Assembly: GCF_964188315.1 (NCBI RefSeq)
Contig: NC_135657.1
Span: 53,878,001 to 53,942,000, forward strand
Direction: 5' to 3'
Length of the DNA stretch: 64,000 nt
DNA from: Podarcis muralis
Taxonomy: Eukaryota
The notes beneath the pieces are model-generated. The model ran no database searches, was not told the DNA's origin, and saw only the letters and a program-made list of their open reading frames with translations. Shown here one piece after another: positions 1 through 13,356 of the stretch (positions within the stretch are counted from its first letter, which is position 1; each line of letters starts with the position of its first letter). Made by a program: the position numbers and the translations under genes.

Positions 1-984
1 CCACAGGCTTGGTTAAAACAATACAATTTAAAAATCAAATAAAGCCAGTTCTTAGTGCAAATCCAGTAATACAATTTAAAACAAAAAATGGGGTGGCTCC
101 TAAAAATATATCTCAGCTATCAAAGGCCAGGATGCAGATGGCCTTTGCTTATAATATCAAATAAAAATGATTCAGAGATCACTGAATGTAGGTTTCATAT
201 GACTACTAAAATCACAACATCTGACATAGAACAATTATTTTAATTGTGAACCTCATTAGAAAAAATAACAACTTGTGATTGCCATAGTGGAAATCCTTGA
301 ATGCATAACTAGTTTTTATATTCTCTAGTTCAAAAGAGAAAAGAAAGAAGAAAAAGGCAAATATTGCTATTTTAATTTTTAGTAGCCATAGAACCAACAC
401 AACTTGCACACTAGGAAGCCAGTCTATGGTGGGTGTATGCATTGGGTAATATAGAGGAGCTATATCTAAAAAAGATTTATGTTTTCCAGTCTTGTCTGAG
501 TACTTCAGATAAAACTACTGATTAATAATCAGAAATCTGTTTTCACACCTGTGCAATATTCTTGAAGTCAGCAAAGGTTGCATGCAAGGTTAGAGCAAAG
601 GCATAATTTAGAAGAGGGTATACATTAAATACACTCATCAACAAATCAACGGAGTCAGTACTTAAAACACTCAATCGGATAAAGGTTAATTGGCTTTAAT
701 AAAACTTCACTATCCTTTCAAGATGTGAATGGTATTAGCAGCCAGCAGATGGCAGAAGCAGAGGCTGCTTTGAATGATTTCCAGCAAAAGCCATGCTAAC
801 AATGTATGTAGCTATTTTTCTTTCATCCTAACTTGCCTTTCACAAACATGATCATAAAGCACGTATCAACCAGCTGAACATTTTCAGGTTTAGTATGCAG
901 AAGAATATTTTGGTAACAGTTGGGTTCGTACCAATTTTCATCTTTACCCCTCTGACCTTACCTATGCCATATGTATATGGGAAT

Positions 985-1281
985 AGGATGTAGCTTAATG
1001 GCAGACCACATGCCTTGCAGGCAGAAGTCCCCAGGTTCAAATCCTGCCATCTGCTGGTATGACTGTGAAAGGCCCTGTCCAAAATCCTGGGAAGCAGCTG
1101 CCAGGCAGTGTACACAAGGAATAATCAACCTGATGCCCTTTAGATGTTCTGGACTATAATTCCCATCATCACTGACCGCTGGCCAAGCTGGCAGATGCTG
1201 ATTGGGTACCCCTGATGTACACAACAAATAGCAGTGAGATAGTTGGACCGATTGTCTTACAAGGCAGCTTTATATGTTCCA
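985..1281 (+). mobile_element. Squam2-type tRNA-derived SINE, degraded, interrupted by a hAT MITE
   Basis: tRNA-like head ggatgtagcttaatggcagaccac...ggttcaaatcc; body gaaaggccctgtccaaaatcctgggaagcagctgcc; tail aaggcagctttatatgttcc. Resembles the recalled Squam2 consensus. Confidence 0.75.
1116..1214. mobile_element. Non-autonomous hAT MITE nested in the SINE
   Basis: Body gatgttctggactataattcccatcatc typical of squamate hAT MITEs; right end acccctg; 8-bp TSD gtgtacac (1108-1115) / atgtacac (1215-1222). Confidence 0.7.
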
Positions 1282-3050
1282 TATTCCCTCACCCTAAATT
1301 AACGGTCACCTAAGTGGGTGAGTATAAATACCCTGAGAAAAAGATTAAAGAGCAGAATAAGCTCTAATCCAAATGTTGAGTGTTGCAATACACTAACTGA
1401 ACTCCACATGAACAGTGTTCTAGTATTTCAGGCAGATGCGAGAGAACATTATGTCCACAGGGAGCTCCGGTGTTAGCAGGAACCTCTTCATTAGCTCCAA
1501 GTATTGGGTTACCCACATTGCATGTAACACTGCTATTAGCACTTAAGCTAGTGAGGAAGCTCCATGTGGGCACTGCAGTTCATTACACAATAAGAAATCT
1601 TTGGACTGGACTGAAAATACAGAAATGCATAAAAGCAATTTATCTGATGAATTGAGACAATCTTGTGGCATTATACTTCGTCTGATGCAATGATGTCAGC
1701 TTTATGGAATCCTACGGACCTCCTTGTAACACCTCTAAAACAAGAGACATCCCTGGTATTCCACTTTTTTTTTTTAAAAAAAAGAACAGACCTTAATAAT
1801 ATTATTTTACATATACTGCCAGTTATTTATGTGTTTTACAAAGAGTGAGAGAAGAGGTCCTCAGAGCAAGGGGGCTTACAGTCTAGAAACAGACACAAGC
1901 GAGACAGCAGAGAAATAGGAGCAAAATCAAGGCAGGGGGTAAATATGGGGAAGATTATGGTGGTCATACCTCCCCAGGCTTAGCTGTCATAGCATATGGG
2001 GACCAGAGGTTTGTGCCAATTTACAGAAAAAGTGGGTTTTGAAGACAGATGATAATATATGATTTATCTTCCAACACTACATTAATTCTGTTGAACGCTG
2101 TACTAAAGGTTTCTTCTCAGAGTAACTCTTTGATCTACCTAAGATTTTTGGCATGAAATATGTAAAAATGCACTTCCAATAAGAGGGGGAGAGCTCAGAA
2201 ATTGCCCTTTTATTCCCAGTTAGAATGCTACATTTGTTAAATACTTTAAAAGAATACTAGAGCAGCTCTATTTGTTTTTCATAAATTATTCCAAGACAGC
2301 TTTTTAGGTATCACAAGAAAATACAGGCAACAATGTTCACTTACTATGCTATGCAGTTTGTTCCTATCACCCACTCTGCTACATGCACTTCCCTCATAGT
2401 AATTGGGCAGTGTTACCAAACAGGAACTAAAGGAAGCTAGGAGATCACAGATTAAAATACCTGCGAACCAGTACTCTGTCTTGACTACAAAGAATATACA
2501 TTTACAAGCAATTAAGTATCCATTCATACTGGATTGCAGGACATTGTGGGTACATAGAACTATTGTTCCATTGACAAAAAGTACACTTCAAAGATTATTT
2601 AAAACACAGATAATACATTAAAAAGTTAGAAATTCAACTTGAAGTCATCATGCAATCTTATTAATATCTTCAGTTCTGACTGCTTGTGATTTATTAGTGT
2701 TGGCCGATAACCCTGTAAGATGCAGCCAGTGTAGAGCATCCAATGGGAAGTTCAGTAGAAAGTGCAGTGTTTTATAATTTTCTGACGTTTGGGAAACAGT
2801 ATCTTATACTATCAAGGCTATATTGATAGGCGAGAGCTTTGGACTTAAAAAATATATACTGAAAGCATATGAATGTACACAAAGAAAAACAAAAGTCACA
2901 ACCATTCCTGCCTTAATTAAAACATACACCAGTTTTTTCATCTGTGCAAAGTTAGCCATTAAGCTCTGTTTGTGTGTGACACTGGCCAAGGGAAGCGCTT
3001 ACCCCTGCAAGCAATCTACACATGCTTCCTTCCCTTTTAAAAGCACTTAC

Positions 3051-3116
3051 CATATGCATTGGCTCATTCGCGTGTAGACTTAGTGTGCCAGCCGTTTGCC
3101 CTCCTGGGTCGCTGAA
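3051..3116 (-). other. Candidate exon of an unidentified minus-strand gene
   Basis: Strong donor ATG|GTAAGT at 3051/3050 and a moderate acceptor cattagcag; 66 nt, open in phase 0 (FSDPGGQTAGTLSLHANEPMHM); local CpG excess. Confidence 0.25.
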
Positions 3117-6100
3117 CTGCTAATGCTAAACATGAGCGGGTTGATGCATGTGCTAAATGCATTTAAATATGATGGGAAGAAAGTGGAACATTTACATGGT
3201 AAGCGCTTTAAACCATGGCCTCTGTCACATATAAATTGGGCCTAATACTATTGCCAACTTGCAACTTTAGCCATAAAATAATAGCAGAGCCTTCTCCAGA
3301 ATGGGTCAGGCAGTGAGAGCTATTGGCTACAATAATCTTCAGTAATACTTCTGTTTACTCAGCTAGCATGAAGGATTATAGAGATGATTTTGCAAGAGCT
3401 GACCCTCCAGCTTTATTAAATATTCAGTGAATGTTCTGTATGCACGCTGCGCCTTAAAACAAAAAAAAAGACAGAAAGCGCTACAGAATACCATATGTTA
3501 AATACTTCACATAACAGTAGAGCAGGGCTACTTATTTTTAATAATTTAGTTTAAATCAGTTTATCAGGTATCACAACATAATAAGGGAACAATGGTAAAG
3601 CATGCTGTCATAAATATTTAGTAACTTTAACAGTGTAAATTTGGATTTTTTCCCAGTTACCAGAGTTAATTTTGTGCATGGTTCTCCCTTATGAATTTTG
3701 AAATTCATTCTTTTCTTACTGATTGTTCTACCTTGGTGATAATGCCGCTGTTATGCCTTTCAGAAGTATCATATTATACGGATAATTCAACAGCAGGAGA
3801 CTCGTGATTTAGGCTCATGTTCCCAAATTCTTCTCCCTCTCCCCATAACCATTCTCTCTTCGCACTAAGTGTCTGTATAGCCTACACACAATCTGTTTTG
3901 CCTAGGATCATCTGCTACTAAGTACGCTTAAGAATGAGATCAATACCATAATGTGCATTATCCAAGATTTCACAAATAATTGAAATCAATGTTTAAGTTT
4001 GTGAAAGTACGCATAGAACCTTCACAAGATCTCTAGAATAACTTAAAATTCCAGACAGTACAAATCAGAATTACCAAACTGGTCAGACATCAACCCCTTT
4101 ACAACGAAAAATGGCGATCAGTACACAAATGCAAGAGGCTTATTAAACTCCAGAACTCTATGAAACACCACATTCAAAAGTCCCCTCTTTCCATTCCCCT
4201 ATAACATCAGCTTTTCCAATCTGAGTCCCCTCAAAACATTTCACTTTGAAAATAAGTGGAACACCACAGACCATATGAAATGCCACCTGAAGTATTAAGC
4301 CCCAGATGTTGCTTGAACTAGTGGATTTGAATCAAATATTGATACAGTTTTCGGGGGTTGGGAATAATTTTTTATGCAAAATCAAATTAACCATCCTACA
4401 TTGATGACACCTAGAAAGTCAAAACTTCATCAACTACAGACCTTGAGTCCAAATGAAGCATCCTCCGAGGCCAAGACTTCAACCTGAAATTATAAGCAAA
4501 AATATCATTTCAAAGGTAGTCACTTAAAAATATCTATTGACCAGAACAACAGAATCCAAGGTGAAAACATATGCTAGAACAGAACTCACTGTGTAATCCC
4601 ATAACACAAGCTGTTTAGACACAGAATAGATAGAACCAAGCTATGAATTGAATACACTTGAAAAAGTCAATCGTCATTTGGGGTAGGCTGTCAAAAACTA
4701 GAATTCTCACCATAATAAAGATAGCTGAAGAAAATGTTGCAGTGTTTTATACTGTAAGGGGCAGGGAGAAGCTATATTGAGGTCTTCTGGTAGATCTCTG
4801 GATGATGTGTGGTAGATCAGCAAGGATTTATGACTTCTAATAAGTCAGGCTTTTTTGAATTTCTGATCTGCAGTAACTCATATGCAAATTTGTACTTGCA
4901 CTTGCAGGTCATCCCAATGCTGTGGCTCATGGAGTGGGTAACTGGCAATGCACCTAATTGGCAGATAAACCTCAAAGCAGATTGTGCCAGTCTGAAGTCT
5001 GCCCAAACCTGCTGAATACTGCATCCGTGCAATATCCAGTTCAAGCAAGAAACACTGTTTGCTTCTGGATGAGGAAAAGACAAAGGGCTAAGCATATCAA
5101 GACAGTGGGCAGGTTTATTGGTGGAGTTTGTATCAAAACCTAATGATGATCCTTCAAATTGGTTTTCTTTAAAAAAATAAGATAAGTATAATAATACACA
5201 CACTTCTAAAGACTTGTCATGGATTCATCCTCAAACTGGAATTAAAATTATGCATTAAAGTTATACATAATTGGAACTTAAATAATTAAAGAAGCACACA
5301 CACAACATAAGCAGGAGGAGCACTTGTAAATTTGTGACAATCAAGAAGGTAAAATCTATAAATATATATATATTAATACTGTTGAATGACTTTCAGCTAC
5401 AAGTAAGGCTTGGACATTCTTTCTTGAATGATCTTTCCTTTCTTCGTGCCATATCTCACAAATGCATACACAGACACACTCCAACGCTATCCCTCTACTT
5501 TTGCTCTGGAAGCCCCAAACTCCTATATCCAAATTATAGAAATAAATACATAGGCCTTAGTAAATACAAGCGACAAGAGCAGTGGGAAAGAGGGGCTAAT
5601 CAAGGGTGCAGCAAGTCAGAATATAGGGAAATTACCCTTCAAGTCATTGGACAGGGAAAGGAGTTATGAATTCAGAGCACAAGGAGCACAACTTGCCCCA
5701 GCCACAAACTAAAGCACTATTCTAATCTCAAGTTTATGAGATGTTGCCTGGCTTCAAAATTCCTGCGCAAACTTACATGACAGAAAAGAAACAAGAGTAA
5801 GTGGAAATCGGGCAATGAGTATAGAGTCTCACAGAATCCTGACCTGCCTTGAGCAAAGCAGATTCTGCAAACAACAGACTTGCTCTCCTGGGGCAGAGGC
5901 CGCAGCTGCTGGATTGCAAGAAACAATGAGGCATAGAAGCACAAAAGAATGTGTGCATGCTGTTATAGGATCTAGTGAGGCCAATATGGAATTGCCAGTG
6001 ATCTACTAATGCTAAGATTTGAATACACATGTTCAACTTTTAAAAGAAGTATTAACTTCTTACCATACTTCACAATCAACTGGGTGACATGGGCTTTAAA

Positions 6101-8260
6101 TAGGCTTGCCTGTTTTGGAAGTACATCCTACTGATTTCAAAGGCACTTACCTCTAAGTAAGTGTGCTTAGGGTTTCAGCCTTATGTCCACATCTGTATTC
6201 TGGGCTGAACTCTGTAGCAAAATTTCAATTTAATGTCACCATATCTAAAAAAATGATTTCACCACCTAAATGCTCCACAACAGTACATGTGACTTTTAAA
6301 AGAAGGATCTGACAGGCTGCATCAACAAGGACAGAGAAAGGAGGCTGACAAATTAAAATAACCAATAAATGCATTTTGCAGTCCCAACAAGGTGCATCCA
6401 ATGCTCAAAACAACTGGCAGAAAACAGAGCATTTCATCACACTGGTAAATGTATAGATGTAAAAGTTAAACCACAGAAAGTGGGGGGGGGGGAGATCACA
6501 GGCAGAATTAGAATCAATAATTATGTTTGACTCTTTAAACAATACATCCATTTACAGCCAAGAGATGCATTAACAATATTGTCTACAGAGCAGGCTCTAA
6601 TTGGAAATCAGCTAATCTGGGCAGAAAGAGAAGAGAACATTAAACTAGTTGGATGCCGTATTTTTGGAACACTATCCAAATTCTTAAATTAAAATGATAT
6701 GGAACTGACTGATTTAAAATTATTAATTTAAATTTTCTCCTGTTAGACCACAGAAGCAAAAAGAGACAGTTATAACAGCAAACGGTTAAAATCTGAGTAT
6801 GTTTTGTCTTTCATATTTCCTATGTGGGGCTTATGACTTTAACTCAAAAACTCAGCATGAAGTCATCAAATGCTTCTAATTGCAAACAATTGTACAGAAT
6901 AACACAGATAATGTCAGTTCTTTTCTTTCTTTTTTTAAGAAAGAGTAACCATCAAGTGCTTAGATTCAATGCCAATATTTCATGTATTTCAATATTTCAA
7001 TATTAGATTCAATTCAATATTTCATGTCATGCCAAGGACAGTCCAATAAAATATCAACATGTTCTTTTTGTTAACAGGAAATGATCCCCATCCACCACAA
7101 CATACAGTTGTATCTTACTCTCTTTAATTTGCTCTTCTTGTTTAAGTTTGCTTTAAGTACTGTGAAAGCACATATGTAGTTGTAATGTCACATAGAATAA
7201 GTTCTGCTTAAACTCAAGCAAAATTACAGCATCATGCGGATTGCAGGAACTGTTTTTCTTAATAGTTTAAAACCATGCCTGGGAGGAATCACCCTCTAGT
7301 GGAAACTGCAGGGTACTTCAAACACCTTGTGAGTGTATCTTGTAACATACCTAATAAAAAAGAATAAGGACACCTCTCTATATTGTTCATCTGCTTAAAG
7401 CTCGTGGCAGTGGATAATGAGTTTGGCTATCAACTGAACGTAACCTGTCACTAAATAAAGGCTGTCAGTAGCTGTTGTTGGTGCCACAGAATTGGAAACA
7501 TGCAAACTTGCCATTAACAACACTGAAAGCTTTTCAACTATCCCCCACCCCAAGCACAGGTATCCATTAAAAAACATGCCTGCTTTTCATTTACTTTTAC
7601 ATGCTGATATTATATGACTGTTGGTTATCCTAGATGCGTATTTAGCTCCTTAGGACACAGACAGCAGGCGGCAATATAAACTGCTATAGATTTCTAATAG
7701 CAGCTAACATTTCTGACTGATAAAGGTTTCAGTGGACGTCTTAAGTCCTGAAGTGCTGTTGGGCCTGAAACTGGGTTAGCAGGCTCTGCTGGTGGAGGAA
7801 GGAACAGAGGAGGGGGGCTCTATTGTAGGAACAAGGGTGGGAGGAGGGAAGGATCTCCCTTTACCACCCTGACTTCTGTCGCTTTGGAGTCACATTGGAG
7901 GGGAGAGCCTCAGAAGACAGTAGCAACTTGAACAGCAACAGGAGAGTGCAGTCATGTCACGTAGAACTAGTTGCTGCCTTCAGAGAGGGGAGCAGACCCA
8001 CCCACCACTATATACTGCATACTTGCAATCTTGATATTCCCACAAGGTGAGAGGGTCTCATAAGTGAGTATGCACAACTCATTTTTTAAAGCAAGGCAGG
8101 ACAAGTGCAGAAACTTGTTGGGACAGTCTCATCACTTCTGACTAGTTCTAAACTTTTTGCCCTGCTTCTATACCATTACTTGCCACTACAAATAAGAGCC
8201 TCTGTGCGCTGAGCAGGAGCCAGGACAGTGAAGTACCTTCCTGTTTTGATCACTGTGACC

Positions 8261-9324
8261 TCCAATTATGGAGAAAAGTCAGTAAATTCATGTTCAAATG
8301 CACCATTCAACAAGACAAAAAAATTCCACAAACCTCTTCGACGTAATCAAAAAACAATGGGAGGACGACATAGGCTATGAAATTAACCCACCCAATGGAC
8401 TAGAATGTGGTCTAAATCTCCCTTTAAATCCCTCTCAGCTAAAAGGAAAGAATTCACCCTGAAACTCACTTACAGATGGTACCTAACACCGTGTAAACTA
8501 GCGCTGATACGCCCAGGAGTCTCACCAAAATGCTGGAGAGGATGCATCTCCACAAGCACAAAGCTCCACATGTGGTGGGAATGTCCCAAAATCCAACTCT
8601 TCTGGACTTCAGTCATACAAGAAATAAGCAAATAACTAAACAAGTATTAGAAGTCACCCCAGAACAGGCCCTACTGAACATCTTCCAAGATAATAATGCT
8701 CACTCACATTATAAAGGGCTGATAACCCACCTACTCTCAGCAGCCAGAAGCATCATAGCCAGACACTGGAGAGACCTGTCAGGAGCAAACATGAACCATG
8801 GTATCAAACAGCATGGGAAACAGCCTTACTAGAAAAACTAACCAATAAACTGAAACTGACATGGGGACAAATAGAAGATGCCTTTATCACATACATAGCC
8901 CAACAAGACGACAACAAGAATCCGCCGACATCATAAAAATCAATATGGCTAGCCTGACCCAAAAACCCACCCTTGCACACACAAACAAATCTCACTACAG
9001 CCAACCAAAGACAATCAACCAAACCCTAAGCCACATCCAACTTCTCTCACCACCAAGGAAATATAACAAGTGAATAGAAAGCGAACCCACACAAGTGACA
9101 CTGACACAAAAGCCCACACATACACTAAGAAGAATAGGAGCATTACCACCCCACCCCACCCTCTCACTACCCTCCCCCTCTTTTCTTCCCAACCTAATAC
9201 TGCATGCAACACTAATGTTTCACAACAAATGAAACTGATCTGTAGAAAACATAACTTGGAAAAAATAGACAATGCACATATTTCTGAAAACTAAGAAATC
9301 TTTAATAAAAATTATTATAAAAAA
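8261..9324 (+). mobile_element. 5'-truncated L1-clade LINE (ORF2 C-terminus, 3'UTR, A-rich tail)
   Basis: Translation KEFTLKLTYRWYLTPCKL...PKCWRGC...LHMWWECPKIQLFW is the cysteine-rich C-terminal motif of L1 ORF2; frameshifted downstream; ends aataaaaattattataaaaaa. Confidence 0.9.
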
Positions 9325-9688
9325 CTAGCTTACCACTGAATCCCAATAAAGAAGGGTGCAGGGTGATCTGAAGCAAAAGTGGGTAGAATTTAAAGAATTT
9401 TTGGCCCAGGAATTTGTTTTGAGTGCCAAAAACTGAACTGAGCTCACAGTCCTTCTATATAAAAATATAATCAAAATACTCTACTTTCCTCATTTCAGCA
9501 CTGTAATTTTGGGAAGGGGCTGTTTATTTTGTTGTTGCCATTGTTAAACAAGTTGAGAGTCAGAAATCCTTGCTTCTACTTCATTCACTCAGAAATCTGC
9601 AGGTATACTAGTAGATCCTAATCCATCTTCTGCTCACCATTACTAAACTATGTTATGAGCAGGCAAGAGTAGGTAGCCCTTATCATAT

Positions 9689-9945
9689 GGAGAGCCAGTG
9701 TGGTGTAGTGGTTAATAGTGGTAGTCTCGTAACCTGGGGAACCGGGTTCGCATCTCCGCTCCTCCACATGCAGCTGCTGGGTGACCTTGGGCCAGTCACA
9801 CTTCTTTGAAGTCTCTCAGCCCCACTCACCTCACAGAGTGTTTGTTGTGGGGGAGGAAGGGAAAGGGGAACGTTAGCCGCTTTGAGACTCCTGAAGGGGA
9901 GTGAAAGGCGGGATATCAAATCCAAACTCTTCTTCTTCTTCTTCT
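9689..9945 (+). mobile_element. Squam3-type SINE, near full length
   Basis: Head gagagccagtgtggtgtagtggtt with B-box-like gggttcg; core gctgggtgaccttgggccagtcac; (CTT)n tail. Confidence 0.85.
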
Positions 9946-11235
9946 TTTCCTGAGAAACTGATTCTCCCAGTCAGTATTTATCATGGTGGGGCTCCAAAAG
10001 CCCCATCCCAGCCTAAGACAAGTCCCCAAGGAGAAAAATTGCTTGGGAGCAGAGGTCATAGTAAAATTGACAAAATCATAATGCCTCTAAAGCAAAATTT
10101 CACAAGGAAAAATCAACATAACACAAGGAAATAATTTGCGTTGGGTGCTTTCCCCCTCTCCCACAACTGATATTAAAAATCCTCAAATCCAAACTTGGCT
10201 TTTTCATTTGTGTTTAGTTAGGTCAGCTCCTCCAGATTTCTGTGGGAGTCTGCAAATGAGAAGTCTGCCTGTAAATTAACCCTAAAATATGACCGAGTGT
10301 TAACACTGAACAGCAATCTATATTAGAGGCAGCTGGTGTGACAAATTAGTATAAATACTTTCAACAAAATATTTAAATGAAAAGTCAGTGTTATTTACAT
10401 GAAGAAGTACCCTTCTCGGAGCTGGCTATAGAAGGTCTTACTGTGCTAGCCTTGCAAGGGGATAAGAGGAGGGGGACAAAGTTGGATTCTCTGGATGTAT
10501 TTATAAGACTATCAGACAAAGGTCTTCGAAAAAGAAGGCAGAGACTTTTACTACAGCCCACTAATACAATAATTCCATTCATCTCATTCTTTGAGCTGAT
10601 CGTTCAACAAAACAGTATCATAATAACTTAAGTAACAACAGATTCGTCTCTGCCTCTCGCACTAGTAAAGTGGTCTATAGGTACAGAGGGTGAAATTTTG
10701 AATGCGCACAAGTGTGCTCGTGCAATACATATGTACATCTGGAGATTCTGAGGGTTTGCTTCAACTTCCAGTAAGCAAGAAACTGCAATTCACATAATAG
10801 TTAGCCTCTTTGGTTGAAAGAAATAAACTACTCTCGTCATGCAGTAGTTTTGGGTTGTGAATCGCTCTGAGGTGTACGGATGGAGGGCAATATACGAATT
10901 TAATATATAATAAATAATCATAAACAAAGGGTATGTAAAGGAAGCAGCCTTACTCTGCTATGTTTGCATGAACTGATTGCCCACCATAGCAAAAGCATCA
11001 CAGGTGCCCACCACCTCTGCCACTACCATGTAGGTTTCTCAGTCAAAATAAAAAATAGCAAGCCACCAATAGCTTCCATGGTTCTATGACAGATGAGATT
11101 TCAGCAGCAGATTAATGTTTCAGTCTAGGAATGCTAGTACGTTAAAAACAAACCCAAATGCATCACCCAGCAAATCTGTGGCAAATCCATATGCTCTTGC
11201 CAGTGCTTCAGCCAACATCTTAAATGTGGCAGAAG

Positions 11236-11367
11236 CCATGCTATTTTTCTAGAAAAAGAGGTACCGAAACTCACCATGAATGCTTTCCTTGTTCTCATAT
11301 AATGGCAGTGGCACCCACCTGAAAGGTACCGGAACTCAGTTCCAACAAGTTCTGAAAAAAATCCCTG
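11236..11367. mobile_element. 132-bp non-autonomous hAT MITE
   Basis: Imperfect TIRs ccatgctatttttc / gaaaaaaatccctg; perfect 8-bp TSD ggcagaag at 11228-11235 and 11368-11375. Confidence 0.85.
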
Positions 11368-13280
11368 GGCAGAAGTACCCACCCTCTCCATAGCAGCAAA
11401 TCCAGGTCCAGCAGTAGTATCTATTAAACATATTTCTAAGCCTTAACAAGAGATGTATGCTTCCCAGAACCAATCCTCTCACTATCCTGTATTCACATGG
11501 AAGGCATGTTCCATTTTCTGTAATCTGTATCCATTTATAGAGGTCACAACTGAATGTCTCTCCTAGTGCAGGTCCCTCCAGGAATAATTTCCCATGGTGT
11601 ACTTGGCTAAATGTTCCCATGCTGTCCAAAAAGAAGTCCTCGGATGATTTTGAAACACCAAACATTTCACTTCTTTTCATTCCAAGTGAAGGTGATATGG
11701 CAGGTAAGGAAATCCTTTCACCAGAAAGATCCATGGAACTGCCAAGCAATGATTGAAATGGAATGTGAGGATCTGATTGAAGACTATTAAAAAGAAGCTG
11801 TAATATGTACCTTTTAAAAAAAAAATTCCCCTTTTAAAATTCTAACCAAAAGGCTCATTCTTTGAAAAGGCTTTGTTAATTAACCTACAGGGACTGGATC
11901 TAGTTTTAGAAAATAGGTTTTTTTAAACAGTACTGCCTACATTTGAGGAGTTTTATATGGGATAGGATTTTAAAAGCACAGCGGAACATTCTCTCTGATT
12001 TTCAGAATGGTACTGTTGTAACATTTAATCCATTTGTTGCCACTATTTTTTGGGCAATAAAGGAACATCATGCTCAAGGCTTCCTCCCTTACTACCTTTC
12101 CTCAGCCCTTCCAAGTCCTTCACAATACAACATCTGTGGGTGTTACACTTTTCAGTAATAGTGAAATAAGTTCTTATTTTATTTTTGCATTTTCTATTTT
12201 ACAGAAACAAATGAGTTCTTTTAAGGCAGGGTCGCTTCTAAAATTCCAGTGTGTGTTCATCCTGTAATTGGGAACCTTACTTCCAATACTCAAAACAATT
12301 TATAGCGAAATCTCCCCCAAAGGAGAACACAGCATTTATCAGTTTGCTTCTGCTGCTTGCCACTGGTGAGTCAGGGACTGGGGACAGAGCAGCCAGGACA
12401 AGGCATTTATGAAATGCTGCTATTAATTGTGTAAGGCAGTCCGCTGGGGATTTCCAAACAAGAAACAGACATGAACATTACACGTTTTAAAAATGAGGCA
12501 CGTGCTCATGCAACAAACCCATGACTGGGTTTCTGACGGCAAATCATGGAGGATATGAAAGAATGGACATTGCAAACTGACTGATGGGAACAAGGGTATC
12601 TGTGCTCTGCTGCTCCTTGTTACAGATGGCCTCACCTATGTTGCTGGACTATGACTCTCTTCATCTCTGACCATTGGCCATGCTGCCTGGGACTGCTGAG
12701 AGTCCCATCTGGAGATTGACAGGTTCCCCAACCTGGAGATTGGCTCCAGGGAAAAGGATGCTCCCAAGTGTGCATCCATGAGTTGCTGGTGGGAAGTGGT
12801 TGCCACATTTCACTCAACTTTAATATCTCTCACCTGGGTGAGGCATAAATCAAAATCCCAAAAGATGGTGCTTTGACTATTTAATTTGGGAAGGCCTCCA
12901 CTTCCTGTAGAAGCCAGTCATACTTTTCAAGGAATTGCATTATTCTGGCGATCACTATGCTTAATTTATAGAAGGTGGAAATAATTAAGTCACATCTGCA
13001 GACAGTGATCAGTTGCTTCCTATGCCCTTGCTTATTGAGCTCGTAAGAATGATAGGAATGACATAATATAAATCATAAAAGTGTACAAAGTCTTTTGCTA
13101 GCTTACACCCACAATTAGCTTGGCAGTGACATCATAGCAGCAGATTTGAACTCACTCTGTCAGCAGTCAGGCAAGGCAGAGTGGTGCTACAGTATCAGAG
13201 GACTCTGGTAGGAGATGAGTGAGCTGAAGAATAAAATAGGGTCAATTCAAATTTAACTATTCCAGCTTCCTAAACCATGC

Positions 13281-13356
13281 GGGAGGCAGTGGAAGACAGG
13301 AGGGCTCTGCTCCATGGGGTCACGAAGAGTCAGACACGACTAAACGACTAAACAAC
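13281..13356 (+). mobile_element. Very short 3' end of a BovB (RTE) LINE
   Basis: gggaggcagtggaagacaggaggg...catggggtcacgaagagtcagacacgactaaacgactaaacaac is the BovB/Sauria-type 3' terminus; 9-bp TSD aaaccatgc (13272-13280, 13357-13365). Confidence 0.9.

Noticed and set aside
1364-1573. SVTCNVGNPILGANEEV resembles an integrin-alpha calf-domain motif
   Set aside because: The similarity is short, there are no convincing splice sites, and no other integrin exons are in the window.
5333-6030. Possible solo LTR (TG...CA)
   Set aside because: No TSD, PBS/PPT or second copy visible.
12627-12905. Minus-strand exon candidate with AG and two GTGAG donors
   Set aside because: Stops in most frames, no recognisable peptide, and part of it resembles a degraded hAT MITE.
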